Shown here one piece after another: positions 40,474 through 51,064 of a DNA stretch of 64,000 nucleotides. A model generated the notes under the pieces. That model ran no database searches. It was not told where the DNA came from and worked only from the letters and a program-made list of their open reading frames with translations. Position numbers and translations under genes: made by a program. Source of the DNA: Obrimoposthia wandeli (Eukaryota); the NCBI GenBank assembly GCA_977020255.1, contig CDROCS010002469.1:248001-312000 (forward strand). The letters run 5' to 3'. Position 1 is the stretch's first letter. Each line of letters opens with the position of its first letter.

Positions 40474-40993
40474 GTTCATCTATACGGTGTTATTACGCGT
40501 GCATACATACGCGCATGGCACAGGCTAAAAAAGTCTAGGGAAGGGCATGAAAAGAGATGCGATAAACTATTTAACATATAAGCTGTTGATAAAAATAATA
40601 ATGAATAACTATTCTGTGAAAATTCAAACGCTAACGAGTAATTCTGCAACCAAATTTATTGTAACAATTCATAAAATTAATATCCTTTTCATCAGTTAGT
40701 TATATTTTCTCACGCTCTTGCGCAACTTTATAGCAATTGTATAGGGGCAGCAAAATTTATTGATATTAAGAAAACTTCCTACAATCATTTAAAATAAACA
40801 AATTAATTGAATATAATTTAAAACATGATATTTTTATTGTAATTTCAGGTACTTAAATTTAACTTTTATAATATTTTAATACTATAAACGAACATTTAGA
40901 TTTGGTGTTCTTGAGGGTCTGATTACATAACAAACAACATGTTTTCGATTGATTATAAGTCAATTATCGTTATCAAAAGGTAAATCCGAATTT

Positions 40994-41872
40994 ATGGAAT
41001 CACTATTCTATATAACTATATCAATGCTAACTTTGACTGGTCATTCTCTTATTGTGAATCGCTTATTTGAAACTGAAAAATTATTAAATACTTCATCTTT
41101 ATTGATATTGACGGTGCTGCCATCGTTTATTATCTCTATGTTATATGTTCCAACGATGACTTATTCTACTACATGGGATGAGGTTTCTTTGATGATTTTC
41201 AAGGAATGTCTATATGCAATCACGCTTTTTCTGAGGTTAGAAAGCTTTAAACATTTAGGGATTTTTGGAGCTGGAGTCCTATTGGTCGCCCAACCCACAA
41301 TTATCGCAGTGTTCGCTTGGGTTTTCTTAGGAGAAAGCCTAAGTTTAATAGAAATTTTATTGATAGCCACGACACTAAGCGGTATTTGGATAGTTCATAG
41401 TTCACGTCCATCGAAAGTATATTCATTTAAAAAAATTATAAAATACTTAACACTGCCAACAATTTTAATGTCTATTGTCGCTATCATTGATAGATACTTA
41501 GTGTCAGGTGAAATGTCAGCAATTGATTTTTTTGTAGTAGATAAATTAATAATTCTACCAACATTTTTTATCGTTTTTATGTTTTTCAGTAAAATCGGAA
41601 TTAAAGATTTTGATATTAAATTTAATATTACTAGCAAAAAATACTTATTTAAGACTTCGTTAATCGTAGGCTCCTTATGGGGAGCATCTACTTTTTTCTA
41701 CGGTATGGCATTAGAATTAGAGAGCACTATATGGGTCGCTATTATCAGGTCTCTTTCATTTCCTATGGTCGCTATTCTGGGTTCTATTGGTGATAAAAAA
41801 TCACTTAATAGAACCTCCTATTTTGGTTTAGCAATAGTAACGCTTGGTAGTGTTTTATTTACAATTTATTAA
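40994..41872 (+). CDS. DMT/EamA-family membrane transporter
   Basis: About 10 TM segments in two repeats; LVAQPTIIAVFAWVFLGESLS and matching C-terminal motif; ATG 40994 preferred. Confidence 0.8.
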   Translation: MESLFYITISMLTLTGHSLIVNRLFETEKLLNTSSLLILTVLPSFIISMLYVPTMTYSTTWDEVSLMIFKECLYAITLFLRLESFKHLGIFGAGVLLVAQPTIIAVFAWVFLGESLSLIEILLIATTLSGIWIVHSSRPSKVYSFKKIIKYLTLPTILMSIVAIIDRYLVSGEMSAIDFFVVDKLIILPTFFIVFMFFSKIGIKDFDIKFNITSKKYLFKTSLIVGSLWGASTFFYGMALELESTIWVAIIRSLSFPMVAILGSIGDKKSLNRTSYFGLAIVTLGSVLFTIY

Positions 41873-42191
41873 TTTATAGATCGTTTAAAGAAGCAACAAT
41901 TTAATATTATTTAATACTTTAAAATTAGATACTTAATATTCTGCTACTCTTTATGCAATTAATTACACAAGGCTCACAAATTTAAAAAAACGGGTAGATG
42001 GAAATCAATATTTACTAAAACCATTCTTTGAAAAGCTAAATGCTGCAAGTCTGCAAGTCTGCAAGTCTTAACTTTAAGTCACCGCTCGGTGTTATTGAAG
42101 GTATATTATGTGTTATCAATGATTATGATAATCGTTATTTGGATATATAGTTTATATAATCACCAGGCTTATAAGGATAGTAGGTAATACA

Positions 42192-44186
42192 ATGAACGGA
42201 CAAAATACGGCATCGGCATGGGTGCCATGGGCTTGCATCCCACTTCTGCTTTTTCTCAATTTTCGAATTCACACTGATTATGTTTCGCTCAATCTGACGC
42301 TCCTGCAGATTCCCGTTGCGGTGGCACTGACCTATCGCTATGGACGACATGGTTTTGTTGCAGCACTTATAGGGGCGTCTCCTCTGCTTATTTCTATGGA
42401 GTTAGATGTCGTTTATGACTTTTATTTCGGCGGTAGGCCCTCACTTTACATCATCATTGCTCACGCTGCCTGGCTGACATTAACCAATCGCTGGTTCAAC
42501 CCAGCGAAAAGTGTGTCGCTCCACACCCCATCCATGATCTTTTTGTTGCTTGTTTGCAGTATTGGGTTGGATTTTGACTGGTTTTTTAACTGGAAGGGAA
42601 ATATTGTCCTTTACTATGCTTTTTTCGTGTTCGGTTTGCGTGATGCGCAAATTCGGCGGTGGTGGCTTATCTTCGGGCTAGTAACGTTTATGGGTATGCT
42701 GCTGCTGCTAGCGAAAGGTTATTACGGGTTTCCACATAGGGCTTATCTAACAGAGTCCTTGCGTTTGTCATGGGTGCTGAATCAGCCGGGTGAATTCCTA
42801 ACATTGCTGGTATTTTTCTGGACGGGAAAGTGGATACGTGCTGTAGCAAGTACTACCACGCCATCTACGGATAAACCCTCTGGTGGCGTAAAACTGGCTG
42901 TGAGCGCTAGTATTTTGTATTTGGCTAGCCCCATGTGGCCGGGCCTGGTAGCAGCAGTCTCACATTCAGAGATCAACAATAGTATTATGTACGCGACCTC
43001 TCCCGCAGGGTCGTTTTATATTTTGCCGCTATTGGCGTTATTGCTTTCGATCAGCCGGCGAAATGGCTTGCTAATAGCAGTGGCTCTAGTGGGAACCTAT
43101 TACATGCTTTCTGGTTTTGTTGCCTGGAGTACAGATATGTACTTTAGTATCGACCTTGTAGATTTTGCGATTGCCATCACTTTCGCGATGCTCGGAACCC
43201 GCATTGCCAGACAATGGCAGGCTATAGACTACATACAAACGGCCTCCTGGTTACCGGCTCCATTTGCCGTCAGGCAAGCTAACCTCGAGCCGGATGAGTG
43301 GAAGCGTCAGCACGATGAAATCTCAAACACGGTTCGCCGAGTCATGCTCTCACTGCTAGCATATGCATTGTTCTGTGGATTAACACTGGCCTCATCGAAC
43401 GATACTTCTCTTTTCGGTGCCAGTTCCGAAATCAAATTGCCAATCGCTGGCACACTGATTAGCTACTCGACTTTCCTGACAGTGGGCCCCCTTATTTTGG
43501 TGGGCTTAGTGGTGTACTTACATCTCTTCTTACAAAGTGCCAACAGTTTAGGAAAACCCTCGGGGGCCAATCCATTGCCGTACCTATTCAATATGGACAA
43601 TCCGATTGCAGTGGTATTATCGGGTTTTCTTCTATATTGGTTGCCTGTTTTAATGCTGTTTCAATTTGCTTGGAAAGCAACCCCACAACCTATGGCCGGG
43701 TTTTGGCTTGGCCTTGCCTCGACTGGTATGGGCATTGTTATGGTTTATTTGTATATGGTGCGCATGCCTGTCGAAAAGCAAGGCGCTTCACGTTCGTTAG
43801 TTAATGTAATGTTTTTTATATTCACTCTGCTATTCGCCGTTCAAATTGCGAGCAGTGGTGCTATATTGAAACGACCGTTGCTATTAGACAAAGCCCCATT
43901 TGAAGGCCGAGATCTCAGTGGCGTTGATTTCAGAAAGGCATCCCTGAAAAAAGCCGATTTCAAAAAAACGAAACTGATTGGAACTAACCTGCGAGGGGCA
44001 GATTTGAGCGGTGCCGAATTCAGCGAAACAGACGTGAAAAACGCAGATTTTCGTGATGTAATTGGAATCGGATGCGATCAATTCAAGCTCACAATAAACT
44101 TAGAGACTGCCTATAGAGACAGTTCTTTTTCTTGTGGAGCAGATATCCCACAACCACCGGAGAACGAGAAAAAGCGAGGTATGTAG
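42192..44186 (+). CDS. Multi-TM membrane protein with C-terminal pentapeptide repeats
   Basis: Many hydrophobic segments up to about aa 555, then DLSGV-DFRKA-SLKKA-DFKKT-KLIGT-NLRGA-DLSGA-EFSET-DVKNA-DFR. Confidence 0.85.
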   Translation: MNGQNTASAWVPWACIPLLLFLNFRIHTDYVSLNLTLLQIPVAVALTYRYGRHGFVAALIGASPLLISMELDVVYDFYFGGRPSLYIIIAHAAWLTLTNRWFNPAKSVSLHTPSMIFLLLVCSIGLDFDWFFNWKGNIVLYYAFFVFGLRDAQIRRWWLIFGLVTFMGMLLLLAKGYYGFPHRAYLTESLRLSWVLNQPGEFLTLLVFFWTGKWIRAVASTTTPSTDKPSGGVKLAVSASILYLASPMWPGLVAAVSHSEINNSIMYATSPAGSFYILPLLALLLSISRRNGLLIAVALVGTYYMLSGFVAWSTDMYFSIDLVDFAIAITFAMLGTRIARQWQAIDYIQTASWLPAPFAVRQANLEPDEWKRQHDEISNTVRRVMLSLLAYALFCGLTLASSNDTSLFGASSEIKLPIAGTLISYSTFLTVGPLILVGLVVYLHLFLQSANSLGKPSGANPLPYLFNMDNPIAVVLSGFLLYWLPVLMLFQFAWKATPQPMAGFWLGLASTGMGIVMVYLYMVRMPVEKQGASRSLVNVMFFIFTLLFAVQIASSGAILKRPLLLDKAPFEGRDLSGVDFRKASLKKADFKKTKLIGTNLRGADLSGAEFSETDVKNADFRDVIGIGCDQFKLTINLETAYRDSSFSCGADIPQPPENEKKRGM

Positions 44187-44360
44187 TGGTTGAATTCACA
44201 GGACACTTTAGTAACGGATTATAATCCTAATATTGAGGTAAACATGATCAAACCTAATGACAGTATTTTTATACGACTAATAGAAAAAAGTCTATTTTTT
44301 CTATTAGTTATTGGATTGACAGAAGCAAGATTAAAGCCCAAGTAATTTAGGTTTTCCGCC

Positions 44361-45175
44361 TTGTTCAATGTTGTGATTTTCTCTGTGCAGCGCAGCGCCT
44401 CTGTGTCTTCAGCCTCAATGGTAAGCGTTTAAAAATTACAGATAGGCCACAGAAGGCACACAGAGCACCGAGGAAGATTTAAGCATATAAATCTAAGATT
44501 TTAGTTTTGTTCAATGTTGTGATTTTCTCTGTGCAGCGCAGCGCCTCTGAGTCTTCAGTGGTAAAAAAAAGCGTTTAAAAAACAGATTGACCACAGAGGA
44601 CACAGAGAGCACCGAGGAAAGATTTAAAGCATATAAATCTAAGATTTTAGTTTTGTTCAATGTTGTGATTTTCTCTGTGCAGCGCAGCGCCTCTGTGTCC
44701 TCGGTGGTAAATAATCTTTTAAAATATTGACCGATCACAGAAGGCACAGAGAGCACCGAGGAAAGATTTAAAACATATAAATCTAAGGTTTTGGTTTTGT
44801 TCAATGTTGTGATTTTCTCTGTGCAGCGCAGCGCCTCTGAGTCTTCAGTGGTAAAAAAGCGTTTAAAAAACAGATTGACCACACAGTACACACAGAACAC
44901 CGGGGAAAGATTTAAAGCATATAAATCTAAGATTTTGGTCTTGTTCAATGTTGTGATTTTCTCTGTGCAGCGCAGCGCCTCTGTGTCCTCGGTGGTAAAA
45001 AAGCGTTTAAAAAACAGATTGACCACAGAGGACACAGAGAGCACCGAGGAAAGATTTAAAGCATATAAATCTAAGATTTTAGTTTTGTTCAATGTTGTGA
45101 TTTTCTCTGTGCAGCGCAGCGCCTCTGTGTCCTCGGTGGTAAATAATCTTTTTAAAATATTGATCGACCACAGAA
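44361..45175 (+). repeat. Tandem array of about 5.6 x 144-146 bp hairpin units (family C, BIME/REP-like)
   Basis: Units start at 44361, 44507, 44653, 44797, 44941 and 45085; 18-bp stem CTCTGTGTCCTCGGTGGT / ACCACAGAGGACACAGAG. Confidence 0.95.
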
Positions 45176-45526
45176 GCTAAACCTGTGGCGTCTATGCAAC
45201 TATGACAAACGTAGTAGCACAAGTTGATTTGTCTTATTTGCTCGGCTTGTGATGCAAAATCTAAGCCGCGCCATTTTCTAACTTAAAGCTGTGCTAAGCC
45301 CTGTGTCTTGCTACTTTTCATGGTGCATATTTTACTCATGCAAGATTGTGGAAAATTTACGCCCCAATGGATTACCACAATAGATTATTACCCCTACAAT
45401 ATTATATCTGCATATAACTACTGTATTTTAAGCATAATTTGCTATGATCCGCACTCAAGCCTGTGTACTTCAACCGGCTATGCATCAAACTTAATATTTA
45501 AACACCTCTCGCATTGGAGCCCCAGC

Positions 45527-46873
45527 TTGAATAATAGCTTATCTTGGAAACAAACCTTTCAAAGTTACTTGGATAAGCGCCTGCTATGGATCTTTTTAAT
45601 GGGCTGTTCCAGCGGTTTTCCGTGGGTTTTAATTGGCTCCAATATGTCAGGATGGTTAACCGATGCAGGCCTTACCCGCTCTGCAATTGGCTACTTCGGC
45701 TCTGTATTTGCTGTCTATGCTTTAAATTTTCTGTGGGCACCACTCGTTGACAGGGTAAAAATCCCTTTATTAACTACTTCATTAGGCCAACGTAAAAGCT
45801 GGATATTTCTCTGCCAAGCTTTTATCTTAATATGCACCTTGCAAATAGCAGGGCTTAACCCTGCTGAGAACTTAATGCTAACGTCTATGTTTGCGCTAGG
45901 TATCGCTACGTTTTCGGCCACTCAAGATATTGCCATTGATGCTTATCGCATCGATACTTTTCGTGCTGATGAAGATCACAAAATGCCGCAAGGTTCCGCC
46001 ATGGGTGTGATCGGATGGTGGACTGGTTATTCACTACCTGGTTATTTGGCCTTTATTAACGCCGATAGCATCGGTTGGAACGGCGTGTATTATGGTATGG
46101 CAGGTATCGTAGTATTACTAATGATCTTTACCTTAGTCGTAAAAGAGCCTGAGACTAATAGAGAGGCACTACAACAGCGCGCGCAAAGCAAACATAATAA
46201 AGTTTTAAAATCTCAATTTGCAGCATGGCTAAGTGTTACGGTATTTGAACCTTTCATCGATTTTGTTAAACGCAACGGCCTAAAAACAGTATTAATGTTA
46301 CTTTTATTTGTCTTTTTGTTTAAAATTGGCGAGGCATTTTTAGGGCGTATGTCAGTCACTTTTTATCGTGAGGTGGGCTTTTCCAACGAACAAATAGGCT
46401 ACTATTCAAAGCTTATCGGCTGGGGAGCGACAATCTTCTTCACCCTTTTAGGCAGTGCGTTTAATGTGAAATTTGGTGTCATTAAGGGATTGATGATAGG
46501 CGGCATAGCAATGGCAGCCAGTAATCTTATGTTTGCTTGGATTGCGGCAATAGGCCCTAATGAAGACTTATTTTTAGCCACTATCTTAGTCGATAACTTC
46601 ACGAGTGCATTTGCAACTGTCGCATTCGTATCATTTTTAACACTCATGACAGGGCGAGCTTTTTCAGCGACCCAGTATGCGCTACTAGCATCCTTAGGTA
46701 ATTTCGGGCGAACCACCTTGGCATCCTTTAGTGGGGAACTGGCTGACTACCTAAATAGCTGGCCTACTTTCTTTATACTCACCGCGGTAATGGTTATTCC
46801 AAGTTTGATAATGCTCGCTTTCATCGGGAAACATTTTAAGCAAGTTTTAGAAAAAAGAGCAAAAGAGCAATAA
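45527..46873 (+). CDS. ampG: AmpG muropeptide MFS permease
   Basis: MGCSSGFPW, FLWAPLVD, SATQDIAIDAYRI, FSATQYALLASL; start moved to TTG 45527, which follows a GGAG RBS. Confidence 0.93.
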   Translation: MNNSLSWKQTFQSYLDKRLLWIFLMGCSSGFPWVLIGSNMSGWLTDAGLTRSAIGYFGSVFAVYALNFLWAPLVDRVKIPLLTTSLGQRKSWIFLCQAFILICTLQIAGLNPAENLMLTSMFALGIATFSATQDIAIDAYRIDTFRADEDHKMPQGSAMGVIGWWTGYSLPGYLAFINADSIGWNGVYYGMAGIVVLLMIFTLVVKEPETNREALQQRAQSKHNKVLKSQFAAWLSVTVFEPFIDFVKRNGLKTVLMLLLFVFLFKIGEAFLGRMSVTFYREVGFSNEQIGYYSKLIGWGATIFFTLLGSAFNVKFGVIKGLMIGGIAMAASNLMFAWIAAIGPNEDLFLATILVDNFTSAFATVAFVSFLTLMTGRAFSATQYALLASLGNFGRTTLASFSGELADYLNSWPTFFILTAVMVIPSLIMLAFIGKHFKQVLEKRAKEQ

Positions 46874-46981
46874 GCTTTAGTGATGATAGGCGCACGCTGA
46901 TTGGCTGAAGCTTTCCTAATTCGCTGAAAACTTGCCTGCTTCACTAATAGTAGTAACGGTTGCTAATCAACGGTTACTAGA

Positions 46982-47134
46982 AGCTTGTCGGACTTAGCCG
47001 GTCGTCGCGATAATAATATTTTAGGCAGATTTTCGATCTTTTAAGGAGAATAGCCTGCTATTTAACGATGAAGAGCAGGAAATATGAGTAAATTCTGATT
47101 CTTCACAATAGATTAGAGGTAAGTTCGGCAGGCG
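46982..47134. repeat. MITE-like intergenic element (family B)
   Basis: Imperfect terminal inverted repeats AGCTTGTCGGACTTA / TAAGTTCGGCAGGCG, between convergent ampG and yajQ. Confidence 0.55.
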
Positions 47135-47190
47135 CCTATCTACAAGCGCTTAGCCTACAAGCGCTTAGTCGACAAATTCTTAAGAGCCAA

Positions 47191-47673
47191 TTAGTCTCTA
47201 AAGTTGTTATACTGCAAAGGTAGATCTATATCGCTTTCTTTAAGCAAAGACATTACCGCTTGTAAGTCATCACGCTTTTTGCCGGTTACTCTTACTTTGT
47301 CGCCTTGAATTTGCACTTGTACTTTAGCTTTAGCATCTTTGATTGCTTTTGTAATCTTCTTAGCACTTGGTTGATCTAAGCCTTGGCGTAATAAAATTTC
47401 TTGGCGCGCTTTAACACCAGACAGTTCAGGGTCTTGCTCATCAAAACATTTAGGATCTAGGCCGCGAGCCACAAATTTTGCGACTAACATATCAATCATT
47501 TGGCGCAGTTGAAAATCGACATCAGCTTCCATAGAAATAGATTCTTCATTGCGGGTAAAGGATGCTTTAACCCCTTTAAAATCAAATCGCGTACTTAATT
47601 CACGACTTGCTTGGTCAACAGCATTAGTAACTTCATGCTTATCCAATTCAGATACAATATCAAATGATGGCAT
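47191..47673 (-). CDS. yajQ: YajQ family nucleotide/c-di-GMP-binding protein
   Basis: MPSFDIVS, RFDFKG, QIQGDKVRVTGKKRDDLQ, LQYNNFRD. Confidence 0.97.
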   Translation of the reverse strand: MPSFDIVSELDKHEVTNAVDQASRELSTRFDFKGVKASFTRNEESISMEADVDFQLRQMIDMLVAKFVARGLDPKCFDEQDPELSGVKARQEILLRQGLDQPSAKKITKAIKDAKAKVQVQIQGDKVRVTGKKRDDLQAVMSLLKESDIDLPLQYNNFRD

Positions 47674-47962
47674 AATTTTTTATCCTCGAAAAGTTTACGT
47701 AAGATTTTACTGGGTTTTGGGCATGACACAAGCTTTAACAAAGTCTAATGCCTTGATAAATCAATACTATCAAATTCGATTTCTTCTAAGCTATTCGTAA
47801 CTGAATGTTTACGCCACTTAACCATTAACAGGCCCACTGACTCCGCTATGTCATCAATTTTTGACTTGCCTTATCATCCCTTGCGACATTGTGTAGAGAT
47901 CCCATATATAAAAATGGTTAAATCCGTTATATTGCGACAAATTGATTTTGGTTTTATATTGA

Positions 47963-48913
47963 ATGTTAAAAAACAACCCTACATGGTTCATATTAGGCAC
48001 TGGTGCTATTGGCACACTTTGGGCGGCAAAACTATTACAGCAAATGATCCCCTGTGTTTTATTACAACGCTCAATCGGTGCTATTACTGTCGGCACAGGT
48101 ACTGCTGCTCCTGATCAAAGACAATCCAAAAAAGTCACCTTAAAAATAACTCAATTAGATAATACTGAACAATGCTACGAGGTAGATTCGCAAACGGTTA
48201 GTAACCTGCAAGCAATAGATAAGCTAATCGTTTGCACTAAATCATATCAAGCAGTGGATGCAATTTCACCCTTACTTACGCGGCTTACAGACGATGCAAC
48301 GATCGTATTATTGCAAAACGGCATGGGCCAGCAACAGGCTATCGCTAAGTTGCTTGCGACACAGACAATTATTGCAGCAAGTACCACTGACGGCGCATTT
48401 CTTAAGGACAAGCTGTCTGTTAAACACGCAGGAACAGGGGTTTCTTATTATGGAAACTTCAATAAAGAGCAGCCGATTAAGCAAAGTATCAGTAAAGCAC
48501 TTAATACTATGGGTATGCAGCAGCATCCGGATATTCAACAAGTATTGTGGAATAAACTCACCATTAACTGTGTAATTAACCCACTGACAGCAATTTATAA
48601 TTGCAAAAATGGCGAGCTAGTACACAACACTTTATACGCAATACAAATAAACAAGCTTTGCTTAGAAATAGATATGATCGCTGACGCATTAGGCTATAGC
48701 CAAGAAAACTTAACAACCTTGCAAAAGGTGCAGCAAGTGGCTAAAGCTACGGCAGATAATTATTCATCAATGCAACAAGATATTAAGTATCGGCGTAAGA
48801 CTGAAATAGAATTTATCAATGGATACTTACAACAGCAAGCGTCTCTTTTACATCTTTCCTTGCCTGAAAATTTAAGTATTATTAAACAAATTGAACAGCT
48901 ACAAGTAAATTGA
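47963..48913 (+). CDS. panE: 2-dehydropantoate 2-reductase
   Basis: ILGTGAIG, CTKSYQ, LLQNGMG, WNKLTINCVINPLTA, SSMQQD, TEIEFING. Confidence 0.93.
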   Translation: MLKNNPTWFILGTGAIGTLWAAKLLQQMIPCVLLQRSIGAITVGTGTAAPDQRQSKKVTLKITQLDNTEQCYEVDSQTVSNLQAIDKLIVCTKSYQAVDAISPLLTRLTDDATIVLLQNGMGQQQAIAKLLATQTIIAASTTDGAFLKDKLSVKHAGTGVSYYGNFNKEQPIKQSISKALNTMGMQQHPDIQQVLWNKLTINCVINPLTAIYNCKNGELVHNTLYAIQINKLCLEIDMIADALGYSQENLTTLQKVQQVAKATADNYSSMQQDIKYRRKTEIEFINGYLQQQASLLHLSLPENLSIIKQIEQLQVN

Positions 48914-48926
48914 GTAACGTACATTT

Positions 48927-49511
48927 ATGGCTAATAAAGAAACTAACCGCTTAGATAAAATTTATACCCGCAGCGGTGACAAAGGCAAAACCTCTTTAGC
49001 CTTTGGACAAAGATTAAAGAAGAGTGATAATCATATTAAAGCTCTCGGTGAAATCGATGAACTCAACTGTCAAATGGGTATTGTGATTGCTCACTTAGCA
49101 GCTGAAAATGCATTAGCCACTGAGTTTAAATACATTCAGAATTCACTGTTTGACATCGGCGCTCAGTTAGCAATGAATAGCAGTGAGTACCCGCAGTTTG
49201 ATCAATTTTTTATTGATGATTTAGAGCAAAAGCTGGACAAATTAAATTCGCAGTTGCCTCCTTTAAAAGAGTTTATTTTACCTGGTGGCCAGATGAGTTC
49301 AGCACATTGTCACTTAGCTAGAGCAGTGTGCCGACGCGCTGAAAGACAACTCATTGCCCTTAGCGAAAAGACAGACTTATTCTCACAGCCAGCTAAATAT
49401 TTGAACAGGCTATCTGATTATTTATTCGTTGCTGCTAGATTTTTAAATTTTCAGAACCAACAACTTGAAATTTTCTGGAAAGCAAACATTATCCCCCCTC
49501 AAGCTGAATAA
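48927..49511 (+). CDS. PduO-type cob(I)alamin adenosyltransferase
   Basis: KIYTRSGDKGKTSL, GEIDELN, FILPGG, ARAVCRRAER, YLNRLSDYLF. Confidence 0.95.
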   Translation: MANKETNRLDKIYTRSGDKGKTSLAFGQRLKKSDNHIKALGEIDELNCQMGIVIAHLAAENALATEFKYIQNSLFDIGAQLAMNSSEYPQFDQFFIDDLEQKLDKLNSQLPPLKEFILPGGQMSSAHCHLARAVCRRAERQLIALSEKTDLFSQPAKYLNRLSDYLFVAARFLNFQNQQLEIFWKANIIPPQAE

Positions 49512-49632
49512 AAATATTCATATTTAGACATTCACTCGTAGGCATTTTAAGTGTTTTGATTTATTCTTAGGCAATCGTAGAAGAGCAATTTTATTCATTG
49601 ATCTTTTCAATTATCAGCAGTAAGGAGATACT

Positions 49633-50145
49633 GTGGAAGAAAGTAATATTTTAATTGTTATCATCAGCCTAGGAATAGGTGGTGCTATAGGATTTTTTGC
49701 TGGCCGTTCTGGTTCAACTGATAATAGCGCTCAAAAACAGCAAGTTGACGAGTTAAAAGCGGAAATCAATCAATATAAAGAATCTGTCGCTGGTCACTTT
49801 CAACAAACCGCTACGATGGTTAACGAAATGAACGAGAGCTACAAAGGTGTTGTTCAGCATTTAGCAAAAGGTTCTCAAGATTTATGTGAAGCAGCGGTTG
49901 CCAAAGACATAGAATCACGTTTAATCCCAAATTTAGCTGTTCCTGAAGAAAACGCAGTGACAGAGCAATCTCAAGCTGAGCAAAAGCCTGCTGCTTTTGA
50001 ACCTCCCAGAGACTATGCACCCAAAAAACCAGATGAAATAGGTGCTCTTTCTGAGAACTACGGCATTCAAGGTACTAATGCTGAAAAAGAAGAAAGCGTT
50101 GCTGATAAAATCACCCCACCTTTAGACGCTGCTCCTAAGCCTTAA
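49633..50145 (+). CDS. zapG: YhcB/ZapG (DUF1043) family protein
   Basis: N-terminal TM, coiled coil, VAGHFQQTA, QHLAKGSQDL, PPRDYA. Confidence 0.88.
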   Translation: MEESNILIVIISLGIGGAIGFFAGRSGSTDNSAQKQQVDELKAEINQYKESVAGHFQQTATMVNEMNESYKGVVQHLAKGSQDLCEAAVAKDIESRLIPNLAVPEENAVTEQSQAEQKPAAFEPPRDYAPKKPDEIGALSENYGIQGTNAEKEESVADKITPPLDAAPKP

Positions 50146-50302
50146 TGAGGCATTTTAAAAAATATATATGCGACACTTAGCTTAGCTATTTGTCGCTCTT
50201 TATTGCCTGCATTAAACCTCTTATGTGTTGAGATATACATATTATCTAGCAAAAAAACTTAAATACACTAAAAACACTTCGCCACTTACCGCCAAAATAA
50301 TA

Positions 50303-51064
50303 CTAAACAGGATTATGAATATTGATGAATTGATGTTCAATATTGAATTGGCGTGCTAAATGTTTCCCTAACGCTTGAACACCAAAACTTTCAGTTGCGT
50401 GATGACCTGCTGCGAAATAATCAATACCTAGCTCACGAGCTAAATGTACTGTTTGCTCTGATATCTCACCGGATATAAAGGCATCAACATCATGTTTGGC
50501 TACTTTTTCGATATAGCTTTGGGCTGAACCAGTACAAAAAGCGATCTTTTTTATTGCACGATCATGCCCTTTTATATGTAAAACATTGCTATTTAATTTA
50601 CTCATTAACTCTTTACAAAGCTCATCACCGGTTTGCGGTTTATGCGTTTCCCCTAGTAAAACAATCGCTTGGCCTAAAGCTTCATTCATGCCACTGCTTA
50701 CATTCCAGTTCATTACTTTTGCTAATTGCACATTATTACCAAATTTAGCGTGTGCATCTAAGGGAAGATGATAGGCTAGTAGATTCACATCATTTACTAG
50801 TAGAGTTTTTAATCTATTTCTTTTAATTGATATAACACATTGATCTTCACCGCTCCAAAAATAACCATGGTGCACTAAAATCAAATCGGCGTTAACTTCA
50901 ATGGCTGCATCTAACAACAACTGACTTGCCGTAACACCTGACACTATTTTCCTAATTTGATTCTTACCCGACACTTGCAAGCCATTAGGGCAATAATCTT
51001 TAAAGTTACCAACATTTAACAGTTGATCACAATATTCGACGAGCGCATCTACAGTAACTGACAT
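50303..51064 (-). CDS. Nif3-like dinuclear metal centre protein (YbgI)
   Basis: DYCPNGLQV, LVHHGYFW, YHLPLDAH, SGEISE, AGHHATE. Confidence 0.95.
   Translation of the reverse strand: MSVTVDALVEYCDQLLNVGNFKDYCPNGLQVSGKNQIRKIVSGVTASQLLLDAAIEVNADLILVHHGYFWSGEDQCVISIKRNRLKTLLVNDVNLLAYHLPLDAHAKFGNNVQLAKVMNWNVSSGMNEALGQAIVLLGETHKPQTGDELCKELMSKLNSNVLHIKGHDRAIKKIAFCTGSAQSYIEKVAKHDVDAFISGEISEQTVHLARELGIDYFAAGHHATESFGVQALGKHLARQFNIEHQFINIHNPV

Noticed and set aside
42043-42066. (CTGCAAGT)x3 microsatellite
   Set aside because: Too short and intergenic; no evidence of a phase-variation role
44361-45175. Possible CRISPR array
   Set aside because: The variable segments are not unique spacers (two recurring loop types), the repeat is over 100 bp, and there are no cas genes
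44511-45180. ORFs 44511-45092 (-) and 44791-45180 (+)
   Set aside because: Translations of the 144-bp (48-codon) non-coding repeat; no RBS or domain
45308-45526. 73-aa N-terminal extension of AmpG
   Set aside because: No family similarity; a better RBS precedes TTG 45527
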